DNA of 64,000 nucleotides from Promethearchaeia archaeon (GCA_046483985.1 JAWOCD010000056.1:1-64000); one strand, 5' to 3'; counted from the first letter of the stretch, positions 40,046 to 50,634 are shown. Notes: generated by a model not told the origin, from the letters alone. Program-made: numbers and translations.

Positions 40046-40809
40046 TGCGTATAGGCGGATTTATCGATATATCAACTAAAGATATTCCCCATCGTGCCAC
40101 GATGGTTATATTCACGGTCGGTTGTAACTACAAATGCGGATACTGTCATAATAAACACCTTTTAAACCCAGATGCGGGACAAGACTATAGTATTACTCAA
40201 ATAATCAAACGAGTAACCTCTAATCGTTTAGTAAGCGGAGTAAGTGTCACGGGAGGTGAGCCCACACTTCAAAAGGATATAATAGAGGCGTGTAAAGAGC
40301 TATCACAGTTGGATAAATATGTAAGCGTAGATTCAAACGGCTCCCGTCCGGAAGTTCTTAAATCTTTGCTCCCTTATCTTAACAGAGTCGCTTTAGACGT
40401 AAAGGGACCTTATAAAAGCGAAAGTCTTCGTGAGATAACAAATGCGAATATCGATCCCGCCATACTGAAAAAATCTTTCTCTTTAATAAATAGAGAGAAA
40501 ACGATTGATTTCGAAATTAGAACAACTTATGAACCCAACTTGCTCCAACAAGAAGATATCCATGAGATATTGGACTTTCTCCAAGATAAAAAATTTAGAG
40601 GAAAATTTGTGTTACAACAATATCAATATAATGAGGGTGTCCAAGAAAAGTTTGAAGATATATACGAAAAGCCACCTCATTATGGATTAGTTAAAATATT
40701 AGAGCCTTATGCCCGGAAGAACCTAAATTTTGAGATTTACTTGCGGGATGAGGCTGTAGGATATGAGCATATAAATAAATCTATAAATAAATTTGAGGAT
40801 TTAAATTAA
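40045..40809 (+). CDS. nrdG: Radical SAM activase, anaerobic ribonucleotide reductase activating protein-like
   Basis: FTVGCNYKCGYCHN, VTGGEPT, DSNGS.P, EIRTT. Confidence 0.8.
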   Translation: MRIGGFIDISTKDIPHRATMVIFTVGCNYKCGYCHNKHLLNPDAGQDYSITQIIKRVTSNRLVSGVSVTGGEPTLQKDIIEACKELSQLDKYVSVDSNGSRPEVLKSLLPYLNRVALDVKGPYKSESLREITNANIDPAILKKSFSLINREKTIDFEIRTTYEPNLLQQEDIHEILDFLQDKKFRGKFVLQQYQYNEGVQEKFEDIYEKPPHYGLVKILEPYARKNLNFEIYLRDEAVGYEHINKSINKFEDLN

Positions 40810-40811
40810 AA

Positions 40812-41948
40812 ATGGATGAAAAAGAAGCATTAGAGGAGATTGATAGTTGTGTGGAATGTAAAGAATGCCTTAAAGTGTGCGATACCTATCAACTTACAGA
40901 AAATGACCTACAATCTCCATATGGGCGATTAAAAATCGCCAAAAAAGTGTTAAATGCCAAAGAAATATCGGAGGATGAACGACTAGGTTTATACAGCTGT
41001 ACCTTCTGCGGATTATGTGATTTAGCTTGCACGCAAGAGATCAGAATCACAGAAGTGATTCATCTGGCAAAGGCGAAACTCTCGGAGACGAAGAAAGGGG
41101 TGTATGACATTCAAAATACAATTATAAACGGAATCTTAGAAAAAGATAATTCCGTGAACGGAGAACCCAAAGAGCGATTGGATTGGTTACCAGAAGAATC
41201 TAGGAAAACGGAGCGTTTTGATGAAAAGGAATCGGATACTCTTTTATTTTTGGGATGCATGTCATCATTTAAAGTAAAAGAAAGTGCAAATACCGCATAT
41301 CGGTTGTTAAAACAAGCAGACTATGATTTTAAGATATTAAAAAATGAACCTTGTTGCGGTGAATATATCTACAGTGCCGGTAACATCGAAGAGGCTAAAA
41401 AATATTTCGAAAAAACTTATGGAATTCTTAAAAAAAACCATATTAAAACGATTATTGTTACGTGCGCTGGTTGTTTGTATGCATTTAACAACGTTTATCC
41501 CAAATATTTTGACGATTGGGATATCGAGGTGAGGCATATTGTACAAGTGTTATATGAACTCGAACAGAAAGGGAAGTTAAAATTTAAAGATCTCAACCAG
41601 AATATCACGCTGCATGATGCCTGTCGGATGGGAAGAAAGATCAAGGGAATGGATATATATAAAGAGCCTCGAGAGCTACTGGCTAAAACAAATGCCGTGA
41701 TTAATGAACTATCCCATGTGAAAGAAAACTCTCATTGCTGTGGGGCTGGTTCTGGAGTCAGAGGTATCAATAAAAAGCTTTGCATAAAGATTGGTTCACA
41801 AATTTTGGATGAAATGAACACAGAAGTTCTTATCTCCTCTTGTCCGTTATGTGTTTTCAATTTTCGATATGTGAATTATAAAACCGAAGACAACAAGAAG
41901 TTCCAATATATTACCGACTTTCTATTAAGTGCTGTTGAAGATGTCTAA
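40812..41948 (+). CDS. Fe-S oxidoreductase (HdrD/GlpC-like; two ferredoxin motifs and two CCG domains)
   Basis: CVECKECLKVC, CTFCGLCDLAC, EPCCG, CAGC, HDAC..GR, CCGAG, SCPLC. Confidence 0.88.
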   Translation: MDEKEALEEIDSCVECKECLKVCDTYQLTENDLQSPYGRLKIAKKVLNAKEISEDERLGLYSCTFCGLCDLACTQEIRITEVIHLAKAKLSETKKGVYDIQNTIINGILEKDNSVNGEPKERLDWLPEESRKTERFDEKESDTLLFLGCMSSFKVKESANTAYRLLKQADYDFKILKNEPCCGEYIYSAGNIEEAKKYFEKTYGILKKNHIKTIIVTCAGCLYAFNNVYPKYFDDWDIEVRHIVQVLYELEQKGKLKFKDLNQNITLHDACRMGRKIKGMDIYKEPRELLAKTNAVINELSHVKENSHCCGAGSGVRGINKKLCIKIGSQILDEMNTEVLISSCPLCVFNFRYVNYKTEDNKKFQYITDFLLSAVEDV

Positions 41949-41987
41949 TTATGGACCCCAAAAATAATTAAAAAACGATAAAAAAAG

Positions 41988-42013
41988 AAAAAAGAAGAAT
42001 CTTCTTATTTTTT
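41988..42013. terminator. Short hairpin flanked by A and T tracts between convergent genes
   Basis: aaaaaagaag-aat-cttcttatttttt. Confidence 0.4.
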
Positions 42014-42028
42014 AATTTTTGCTAAATT

Positions 42029-43558
42029 TTATTCGTTATCTTTTAATTCGAGGTACTTTAAAAATGCTCGTACACCATTTTCCATAGCACACCGGATATT
42101 TCTGCTTCGCCAGTCATCTCCAATATCATCACATGGTCTTCGTTCTTTATTAATTATTTCAAGATTATCTCTGTCTGTATGGTAGTAAGCGAGATAATCA
42201 GGGTAACGAATTCCTTCTATTGAAGTTGCCTTTAATCCTCCTCTTACTAACCCTGCTCCATCCGTACCCCCTGCAATTCCAGGCATTTCGCCCATTTTTA
42301 TTTCAAATCCTAATTCCTTACAAGCTTTTGCTAATAAATTATAAACTTCGGGGCTTAAATCAGTTCGTGTGGTGTTTTCACGAGTATATATCCGGATAAA
42401 TCTGGCAATAGTTAAAGACTCAAAATTAATACAAGTGGTATCAATTTGATTATATTCCTCTGCATGTCTTTTTGCAAATGCCTCTGATCCCCTCAGTCCC
42501 ACCTCTTCGCAGCCCATGATGGCGATAACGACTTCTGTATTGTCTGGAACTAAATCAGAATTTTGCTCTTTCCAATCATCTAAAATTTTTGCAATACACA
42601 TACAAGGCGCTACAGCAGTTAAATTATCTACAGCACCCGGAGTTGCTTTCTTACTAACAAAAAAGAAGAGCGTTCCAAAGGATGGAATAGAGAGCATGAA
42701 TAAAAATTGAGCGGTTTTTACTAAGGTAGGATTTACAAATATATAATTCCAAAACAAGATATCAATGAGAATGGTATAAGCGGTAATCGCTAGAATTACT
42801 ATAACGGCCAAGATATCGAAGTTTTTAAAGGCACCAAAAAAGACTTTTTCACTCTTCCCAATTACAAGGAAAAATACGGCAAATAAAATTGGCACTGCCA
42901 TAATAAGGACATTTACAATCAAAGTAAGGATTGTTAATTCTCCAAGGATACTGTAAATAAATTGCAGTATATATAATACCAAGAATTCTACAAGAGTGAC
43001 AATCCCTCCGATTAAAAAATATGCATAACCTTGGCGAAGATATTGAATTAAGTTAAACCGGAACGCAGAATCGATATGGCCGCTCGCTACCACTCTTTTC
43101 TTAACTTCTCCCTTGGGTTTAATAACTCCCACCACATTTTGCGACGTTTTCTTTTCATAGGGAAAAATTTTTGGAGTCCATTCCTTATAAGATAAAAATT
43201 GTTTGTAGATGATCAAGACAATAAATCCTGCAATTGCTAAGCAGATAATTGAGATGATTAATGGATTCAAATCACTGAGTAAAAAAATTAAAAAACTAAG
43301 CAGCCAAAACCCTAATGAAAGCCGTATCCATCCCAAAAACGCTCTGGGATAAGTTTCAAATTCCTCAATATCTACAGAATCACAACGATCTTCTAATTCA
43401 TTTGCACATAATTTCGCGGCTTCTCTCTCCGAGTCACTTGCCGGTGCACGGGGCCCAACTTCATCGATTATTTTTTTGATTGTATTATACATGTAATCTG
43501 AGTTTTCATCTGAAATTTCGTATTTCTGAGCCGAGTCAGCATTGTTTTCTGTTGACAT
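42029..43558 (-). CDS. Membrane-embedded M28 family peptidase
   Basis: GPRAPAS..E, SGHIDS, GAVDN, GCEEVGLRGS, GGTD and YHT..D, interrupted by TM segments. Confidence 0.88.
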   Translation of the reverse strand: MSTENNADSAQKYEISDENSDYMYNTIKKIIDEVGPRAPASDSEREAAKLCANELEDRCDSVDIEEFETYPRAFLGWIRLSLGFWLLSFLIFLLSDLNPLIISIICLAIAGFIVLIIYKQFLSYKEWTPKIFPYEKKTSQNVVGVIKPKGEVKKRVVASGHIDSAFRFNLIQYLRQGYAYFLIGGIVTLVEFLVLYILQFIYSILGELTILTLIVNVLIMAVPILFAVFFLVIGKSEKVFFGAFKNFDILAVIVILAITAYTILIDILFWNYIFVNPTLVKTAQFLFMLSIPSFGTLFFFVSKKATPGAVDNLTAVAPCMCIAKILDDWKEQNSDLVPDNTEVVIAIMGCEEVGLRGSEAFAKRHAEEYNQIDTTCINFESLTIARFIRIYTRENTTRTDLSPEVYNLLAKACKELGFEIKMGEMPGIAGGTDGAGLVRGGLKATSIEGIRYPDYLAYYHTDRDNLEIINKERRPCDDIGDDWRSRNIRCAMENGVRAFLKYLELKDNE

Positions 43559-43620
43559 AATATTAGTTCAACCTTAGATTATAAAAACTTTGATTATGTT
43601 TAAGTTCTTCACTTTTAAAT

Positions 43621-44625
43621 CTATCTTGAACCAAATTCTGTTTTATACCATTCTATAGTTTTTTCGATTGCCTCTTCGAACGAAATTTGTGGTACATATC
43701 CCCAGTATTCTCTTTGCTTTATCCGAGTGGAAGAAAAGATCGTATTTTGATAGTTTTAAAGTATACATGGAGATGGTAGGCATTTTTTTTCTTAGAAATA
43801 TCCTGTAGAATAAGTCGATTAATGCCACAAAAGGTGCAGCCAGATTATAGGGAATGCTTACATCCAGGGGGTCCACCTTTAATTCGTTACAAATTGCTTG
43901 AATGAATTGTCTCATAGTAATGTAAGGGGGATCATCATCCGCAATAAGAAAAGTTTCGCCAGGAGCGTCTGGATGTGTTCCCGCTTTTTCCAAGGCGTTG
44001 GCTAAATTTTCTACATAAACATAACAAAGTTTAGACTTTCCTTTATTAATGTAAGGAATATTCTTACCGGAATCGAGTCTTTGGATGATTTCCCGTGCAT
44101 TCAATAGGTCATGGGGTCCAAACGGAAGAAATCCCGGGCGAATGATAACCACCTCCATCTCATCCATATGTTCTTTTAAGAAGTTCTCTGACTTGATTTT
44201 TGATTTAATGTAAGGTCGTGTATACCATCTTGCCTTCTTAATCGCGGTTGTTTCGTCAGCTCCTTCAAAGTCTTGAAATTCATGGACCACCAGGGAACTC
44301 ATATGAACTAAGCGCTTAACACCCGCTTTCGACGCTTTAAAAAAAACATTAGTTGTTCCTTTAAAGTTTATATTAAAGATTTGCTGAGACCAAGCATTTG
44401 AAGGTTTTGCCGCCAAATGGTAGACAGTTTGTACTCCCTCCATAGCGGGTTCAAGGGTTTTAGGGTTAGTCACATCCCCATAATATATCTCACAGTTGAC
44501 CCCTCAAGAAACTGCTCATTTGTGCCTTTTAATACCAATGCTCTCACTGAATGACCTACTTCGATAAGCTTTTCAACTAAGTTACTTCCGATGAACCCAT
44601 TTGCTCCCGTCACTAAAGTTTTCAT
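43621..44625 (-). CDS. Extended SDR NAD-dependent epimerase/3-beta-HSD-like protein, split by two single-base frameshifts
   Basis: TGANGFIG at the start and Y.KSK catalytic motif. One extra G at the 44500-44503 run joins ORFs 44470..44670 and 43643..44473 (FLEGVNCEIYYGDVT). Removing one G at 43700-43703 restores LGYVPQISFEEAIEKTIEWY to a stop at 43621. Confidence 0.85.
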
Positions 44626-44753
44626 AGACATACAAAGAATAATCTGGCGTTTTTTAGTCTTGTTATTCAAAAGAAATCATAACTTAGGTCATAAACTATA
44701 AGAAAAAGCTTTAATAATTACCAAATGGTCTTCCATTCAATGATGTGATTAAT

Positions 44754-44912
44754 ATGAAAAAGAGAGAGAATAACTCAGAAAAGAATATTGATGATCTTTT
44801 AGACCAAACATTCGAAAATCAAGCCGAGATTCATCATAAATGTAAGATAAGGGATGATCCAGCCAAAAAGCAGAAAAAGTGGGAAGAAAAATACGGTAAA
44901 AAAAAGGAATAA
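44754..44912 (+). CDS. Small charged protein (52 aa)
   Basis: MKKRENNSEKNIDDLLDQTFENQAEIHHKCKIRDDPAKKQKKWEEKYGKKKE; fills the gap; below the ORF-track cutoff. Confidence 0.5.
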   Translation: MKKRENNSEKNIDDLLDQTFENQAEIHHKCKIRDDPAKKQKKWEEKYGKKKE

Positions 44913-44916
44913 TACG

Positions 44917-47877
44917 TTATTTTAAAAAACCTGGTTTATAACCTTCAAATTTATCCTCTTCCGTATCGGGAGAGTAATTATCCCTCCATTTATTGAAAGT
45001 CTCAAGAAATTCCTCCTTTTTCTCTGGTTTCAACGGCTCACGGATCATACGGAGTTTACTGATCCATTGGCGCATATCTTTCAAGGCCATGGAATAGCCT
45101 TCACTTTCTAAAATATCATCCATGATAAGTTGGAGTTTTTTACTTATCTCAAATCCCTTTAATTCATCCAATTCCGCAAGAATTTTGTCGAATTTATCCA
45201 ATTTTTCTTTATCCTCCTCTGAAACTTCCGAGGAGGGTTTTTTCGGCTTATTTTGACCCGGTTTCTGAACTTTCGATCTCACTTTTTTTTGTTGAGGCTC
45301 TGGTTGGGTTGAAGTTTTCTCCTCTTTTCCTTGAATCTTTTTTTTTTCTTTTTCTGACCCTTCTTCAGAATCCAGTTGAAAATCGTCATACCATTTCTGG
45401 AATTCTTCGAGAAAATCATCTTTTAAGGATTCTGGTAATCTTTTTCGATTCATCCGCAACTTTCCCTTCCAAAACTTGAGAACTTTCGGAACAGAAGCAA
45501 AACTTTGCTTCTCCATAATAATGTCCATTATATTTTGTAATTTTTTACTCACTTGTGCACCAGTGTAATTATTAACACCGGTTAAAAGGTCATTTGCAAG
45601 TGCATTCAAATCAGTTTTATCTTCGGTTTCCCCGTTTGAAGGAGTTTCTGCAAGCTTTGGCGAACCATATTCCCCTACAGTTTGTTGGGTACTTGCCTCA
45701 GTACCAGAAGGGAGAATCTTTTTTTGGGGAGATGCTTTTCGAGATTTACGTTTTGAAGAGGAAGATATAATATCGTTTTTCCATTGCAGAAAATCTTTGA
45801 TTAAAGCGTCTTTAAAGTCCTCATCTAACGGGGTTGATTTCTCCGATAATTTGCTTTTCCATTCAATTATTTCAGAAAATCCTTGAAATCTCAGAATTAG
45901 TTCAATAAATTGAGATATTTGGTTACTGATCTGTTCTCCCGTTAATTTATCCATCTTATCAATAAAAAGATTAAACAATTCCTCAATTTTTTCTTTATTT
46001 ATTTCGCGCTGTTTCTTTTGGAATATTTCGATTTGGGATTTCTTTCCCTTTTCCTTTTCTTCTTCAGAAGGAACTTGTTTAAGTTGTGGCGGCTCTGCCA
46101 ACTCATAGTCTGAAATCTTTTTATTATATTCTTGAATTTTATTAATTACTTCTTTTTTATCCTCTTTACCCAAAGTTTCATGTATTTTTTTAAGTTTCTT
46201 TCCCAAAAGTTTTAATTCCAATACATTTAGAGAAACCCCTTCCTTTTGAAAAGTAAAATTAAGTGCATTTTCAAATAAATTGCCAATCTCATAGCCACTA
46301 TACGTGTTAATATTCTCTAAAACTTTATTGAATCTGGAGGTTATTTCTCGATTTTTTTCATACGTAGCTTCTTTCCATTTTTCTTCAAAAAGTTGTCGAA
46401 ATTGGGTTAAATAGTCTTTATTACTCGTAATAAACCCCAAAACCTCATTTGATTGTCTTTCTGCTTGTTTATTATAATTCCCAAAAAGGAGTAACGATTC
46501 CTCCTTTAACAGTCCAATTAATTCATTATTTTCTAACCTTTTATATTCATATTTATCAAGTCCTTTCAATAATCTTATTAATCTGTCAGAATGAGGTTCT
46601 GAGGATATAATCCTTATTTTTTGTTTTTGAGATGATATTGGTTTCACTTTTTTTTCCGTCTTGTTTTTTTTCTTTGGTTGGGAGTGCTCGGTTACTTCCA
46701 TTTTTTTAAGTTTGCTTTTTAAGTCTTCCCTACTTTCAAGACCCAAAATCTCCAAGGGCATAAACTTTTCAATTTCTGGTATTAGAATAAGTGCATCGCT
46801 ATGGGGATCCTTTAAAGATTCCAATAGTACATCTTTGAATTTCCGTATACTATTCATTGGAAGTAGGTCTTGTAAATTACCAATACGGGCGTCAGAGTAT
46901 ACTTTGATAAGATCTTTCAAAAGACCCACGGTTTCCTTAATCTTCTCATTCACATGAGAAAAGTTTTCATTTAAGATTTGAATCGTCTTGTCTTGCACAG
47001 AGTCTGCCAATTGGTCAAGTCTTTTTTCAAGATTGTTTTTTTTCGAGAGGAGAAGCTTATGAAGTTTTTTCATTTCACCCGTAAAGATATTCATTATTCC
47101 CAGATAGACCGAATTTTGTTCAAATTTTTGTTCTAAACGAAAAGACAATTTAGAGTTCAGAGTTTCCCGGATACCCTCAAATTCACTTGAAATTATATCT
47201 TGAATTTCCTGTGCCTTTTTATGGGTTTCCAATGTCATTATATCCTTAATCCTACCCTTTATGCCATCCCATTGAGCATCACTGATGTTCAGTTTTTCAA
47301 GTTCGTCTGGAAATTTATTCTTCAATTTGATTATTTCAATCACTACACTCGCCATTTCTGAACTTACCGTCTCTTTTAGTGTCTCTTCATAATCGTTTAA
47401 AAAGGCAGTAATTGATTCTTGATCTTCCAAGCTGCTTACCAGTTCCTTGGTTTCCTTTCTTATGGTTTCCGTGTCTTCATCAATATCGTCTTTTAGTTTC
47501 TTAAAGTCCTTATATAATGTATCTAATGATAATGTTTGGTTTTTTTCAAAAACGTTTTCCAATTTCTCTCCGATAGTTTGGTTTAAACTTTCCTTCTCAG
47601 TTAATAAGGCCTTAATCTCCAATAGATATTCATTAATGGGTCCAAACGGCGGTAATGCTTGATAATGAGTTGGTAAAGTGTGATTTTGGTAAGGGATCTT
47701 AATAAGCAGCTTTTTTTCGATTAATTCTTTGAGAATTTCTTTAATTTCTTCTTTTGTACACTCTCCATTTAGAATTTCCCTCAGTTCGCTTATAGTCCTT
47801 GGAGGTTTACCCAAGATCGCAAAATAGATTTCATTTGCTAGTTTTGAGATCTGCGGTAATTTGAATAAACTCTTCAT
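44917..47877 (-). CDS. Large protein: TrmB-like wHTH, coiled coil, TrmB/PLD-like middle domain, four C-terminal helical repeats
   Basis: EIYFAIL...TISEL...L.ELIEKKLL...YQALPP N-terminus; long heptad region; ALILIP..IRIIS middle domain; four repeats of about 70 aa. Confidence 0.7.
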   Translation of the reverse strand: MKSLFKLPQISKLANEIYFAILGKPPRTISELREILNGECTKEEIKEILKELIEKKLLIKIPYQNHTLPTHYQALPPFGPINEYLLEIKALLTEKESLNQTIGEKLENVFEKNQTLSLDTLYKDFKKLKDDIDEDTETIRKETKELVSSLEDQESITAFLNDYEETLKETVSSEMASVVIEIIKLKNKFPDELEKLNISDAQWDGIKGRIKDIMTLETHKKAQEIQDIISSEFEGIRETLNSKLSFRLEQKFEQNSVYLGIMNIFTGEMKKLHKLLLSKKNNLEKRLDQLADSVQDKTIQILNENFSHVNEKIKETVGLLKDLIKVYSDARIGNLQDLLPMNSIRKFKDVLLESLKDPHSDALILIPEIEKFMPLEILGLESREDLKSKLKKMEVTEHSQPKKKNKTEKKVKPISSQKQKIRIISSEPHSDRLIRLLKGLDKYEYKRLENNELIGLLKEESLLLFGNYNKQAERQSNEVLGFITSNKDYLTQFRQLFEEKWKEATYEKNREITSRFNKVLENINTYSGYEIGNLFENALNFTFQKEGVSLNVLELKLLGKKLKKIHETLGKEDKKEVINKIQEYNKKISDYELAEPPQLKQVPSEEEKEKGKKSQIEIFQKKQREINKEKIEELFNLFIDKMDKLTGEQISNQISQFIELILRFQGFSEIIEWKSKLSEKSTPLDEDFKDALIKDFLQWKNDIISSSSKRKSRKASPQKKILPSGTEASTQQTVGEYGSPKLAETPSNGETEDKTDLNALANDLLTGVNNYTGAQVSKKLQNIMDIIMEKQSFASVPKVLKFWKGKLRMNRKRLPESLKDDFLEEFQKWYDDFQLDSEEGSEKEKKKIQGKEEKTSTQPEPQQKKVRSKVQKPGQNKPKKPSSEVSEEDKEKLDKFDKILAELDELKGFEISKKLQLIMDDILESEGYSMALKDMRQWISKLRMIREPLKPEKKEEFLETFNKWRDNYSPDTEEDKFEGYKPGFLK

Positions 47878-48176
47878 AATAATATCAACTAAAGTTAGGA
47901 TTAGTTTTGAATAAATACGTAAATACCTACATAAAATTATATTCCTTTTGCGGTTATCACTAAATATATCTATTATTCTCTTTTAAATTATCTTTTTTCA
48001 AAAAATTAAAATAGAAAGTTTCAAAGTTTCAAAATTATTGAAGGTTGAAACTAAAAGGAGAAGAATAATCTGATATGAATTTTGTGACTTTGTATCATAT
48101 TCAAGAGGGAAAAATGATCATTTCCAGAAAAGGATCTAAAAATATAGAATTCTAAACATGATTTATTCGTCTATTT

Positions 48177-48957
48177 TTAAGCTGGAAGCATATGCAACCA
48201 ATAAAGTATGAGAAAATCATTAAACAGATTAACTATGGAATGTAAAATCATTCCATACCAGATAAAGTCTAATTTTAAGGCGGCATAGCCAAGTAAAGGT
48301 CCCATCACAAGGGAAAGAGTAATTTCTGAAATAGCCTTCCCGATATGATATAAAGTTGTAATCACAGTTTGAATAACCAATATTATAATTATCCCCTTAA
48401 TTGTGGTTTTCTTCCGTCTAAGCCCAAACTGCAAGTAGCCTCGCATCGTCACTTCATAGGCGTAAAAATAGAAAAAGTACAATGCCTCATAATAGATAAA
48501 AATAAGCCAATTTGTTCCTATCAGTTTAGTTAACGGATATTCGGCTTGCATGACAGGATCCTGTGAAGCAAAAATTGCCACTATAAGAAGGATAGGAATT
48601 ATTATGATAGTGAGTGATAAACCTAACTTTTTATTACCCCATCGTAGTCCATAATCACGAAAATCGCCCTTAAAATAATATTTTACGATAAGATACGGCA
48701 CTAAAAAGAATAAAAACATAGTGCAAACGAATTGGTATATATATTGCCAGAAATCCAACCATAGGTTATCTCCAAGGATTGGCTTAAAATACAACCAAAT
48801 CCTTTGAATAGCCAGATTTATTTATAGACCATTTTGCAACCACCCAATATATGATAGTAACGGTAATAACTGAAAGCACGACCATCTTTCCCTTGTTATT
48901 GAATATTTTCTTAATCTCTTCTGAACACCTGGGAGCGATATCGGTTTCAGAGTTCAT
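48177..48957 (-). CDS. CPBP (CAAX protease/Abi) family intramembrane metalloprotease, one frameshift
   Basis: YEVTMRG, LYHIGK and HSIVN motifs. Deleting one base in the run at 48797-48799 joins ORF 48784..48972 to 48177..48794 (GYSKDWLYFKP). Confidence 0.8.
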
Positions 48958-49008
48958 TTTATTTAAAATCAATCTCGAATAATTTAAAAAGTTATTTTCA
49001 AATAATCT

Positions 49009-50238
49009 TCACTTAACATTTTTGATTAATGTCGCCATCCCCGTCCCTCCCCCAGCACATTGACTACACACAGCATAATTCCCCTTCCTCCTCTTTAATT
49101 CATATAAAGCAGTCAGAATCAATCGAGCTCCCGTCATTCCCGGCGGGTGTCCTATCGCGATTGCCCCGCCATTTACATTCACCTTTTCTTGGGAAATACC
49201 GAGTGCTTTAATACAGAAAAGCACTTGTTGAGCTTGCGCTTCATTAATTTCAAAGATGTCAATATCCTCTGGAGATAGGTTATTTTTCTCTAACAATTTC
49301 CGAATAGCTGGAATTGGGCCTAATCCCATATATTGAGGTTCTACATTACCTGCGGTGGAATCAAGCCATAAACCTTGAGGAGTAATCGCTCCTTCTTTCG
49401 CGTTCTCCAGGGATGATAGCAGCAAAGCCGCTGCGCCATCATTGAGGTCCGGAGTGTTGCCAGGAGTTACAAAGCCGTTTTCGCGAAATATTGGTTTTAA
49501 CTTGTTCAACATCTCAAGGGTTACATCTGGACGTGGAGATTCATCTTTAGTCATCAATTGTTCCTTTCCTTTTTTAGTGATTTTTACTGGAGTGATTTCA
49601 TCAAAGAATCCACGTTTTTGCGCTTTTAAATACTTTTTTTGGCTTTTTAAGGCAAAACGGTTTATTTCTTCAAAACTCAGATGAATTTCCGGTAAATTGT
49701 ATTTTTTGCATATTTTCGGGGCATCTTTTAAGATGTTCTCGGCGGTTTCTCCTACATGGTCATACCCTCCATAAACATCATAAGTGTCCGTGAATCCATC
49801 ATAAAATAACGCATCTACCAGCTCATCATTTCTCAGTCGATTCCCCCACCGTGCATTCATTAGCATATAGGGTGTTTGGCTATTACTTTCCATGCCTCCG
49901 GCAATAACTAAATTATTTTTATTTAGCAAGATTTGATGGGCGGCAATTTCAACAGATTTCATTCCCGATGAACAAACATTATTCACGGTCAAAGCACCAA
50001 CAGTATGGGGGAGATCGGCCTTAAGTGCGGCAATACGCGCTGGGTTATTGCCCATTCCCTCTTGATGAATTGCCCCCATTATCACATCTTCGATTTTTCG
50101 ATTCTGAATGCCAGAGCGTTTTAGCACTGCATTTATTGCAATTGCCCCGAGGTCAACTGCGGGAATATCCTTTAATTTTCCGCCGAATTTTCCTATGGGG
50201 GTGCGAGCACCGTTGATTATTGCAACTTTTTGATTCAT
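49009..50238 (-). CDS. Acetyl-CoA C-acyltransferase (thiolase)
   Basis: RTPIG, NNVCSSG, GGMES, NEAQA, GHPPGMTG, CAGGG. Confidence 0.95.
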   Translation of the reverse strand: MNQKVAIINGARTPIGKFGGKLKDIPAVDLGAIAINAVLKRSGIQNRKIEDVIMGAIHQEGMGNNPARIAALKADLPHTVGALTVNNVCSSGMKSVEIAAHQILLNKNNLVIAGGMESNSQTPYMLMNARWGNRLRNDELVDALFYDGFTDTYDVYGGYDHVGETAENILKDAPKICKKYNLPEIHLSFEEINRFALKSQKKYLKAQKRGFFDEITPVKITKKGKEQLMTKDESPRPDVTLEMLNKLKPIFRENGFVTPGNTPDLNDGAAALLLSSLENAKEGAITPQGLWLDSTAGNVEPQYMGLGPIPAIRKLLEKNNLSPEDIDIFEINEAQAQQVLFCIKALGISQEKVNVNGGAIAIGHPPGMTGARLILTALYELKRRKGNYAVCSQCAGGGTGMATLIKNVK

Positions 50239-50329
50239 TTTTCACTTTGAAACTTTAAGCTTGACTATTTTATTATTATAAATTTAGTCTACTAAAAATC
50301 TTTTTACTCTTTCGCTATAAATTGAAGTT

Positions 50330-50395
50330 AAATTAAGGCAAAATTTATCACCGCCCTAAAAGTCGGTGTTTTCTTTTGCCGTCTATGATAAAATC
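50330..50395 (-). mobile_element. Solo IS200/IS605-family end (hairpin), copy 3
   Basis: ggcaaaatttatcaccgccctaaaagtcggtgttttcttttgccgtctatgataaaatc matches 29117-29174. Confidence 0.7.
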
Positions 50396-50400
50396 AAGAT

Positions 50401-50414
50401 TTAGGTATACCTAA
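50401..50414. promoter_or_regulatory. Perfect palindrome TTAGGTATACCTAA, candidate DtxR/SirR-family operator
   Basis: 14-bp palindrome resembling TTAGGTTAACCTAA-type boxes, between the divergent thiolase and OsmC genes; a DtxR-family gene lies at 53370. Confidence 0.45.
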
Positions 50415-50545
50415 GAGGAGAGATTCAAAAGATACAAGATGTGAAAAGAAAAACACAATTTTTTAAAGGAAATCATCATCATTTTCTTCAATCATGATTT
50501 ATTTTTAAAAAGGGATTTCAAAGATTAGACACATTTAAATATAGA

Positions 50546-50579
50546 GAATAATTATTCAAATCAAGATAAATAATTATTC
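50546..50579. promoter_or_regulatory. Tandem GAATAWWTATTC-type palindromes upstream of the OsmC gene
   Basis: gaataattattc (50546-50557) and aaataattattc (50568-50579), just after a TTTAAATA box. Confidence 0.45.
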
Positions 50580-50634
50580 AAATAAATAAACAAAAATAAA
50601 TGAATTATAGAAATTAAAGAACTGACAATTAGAG

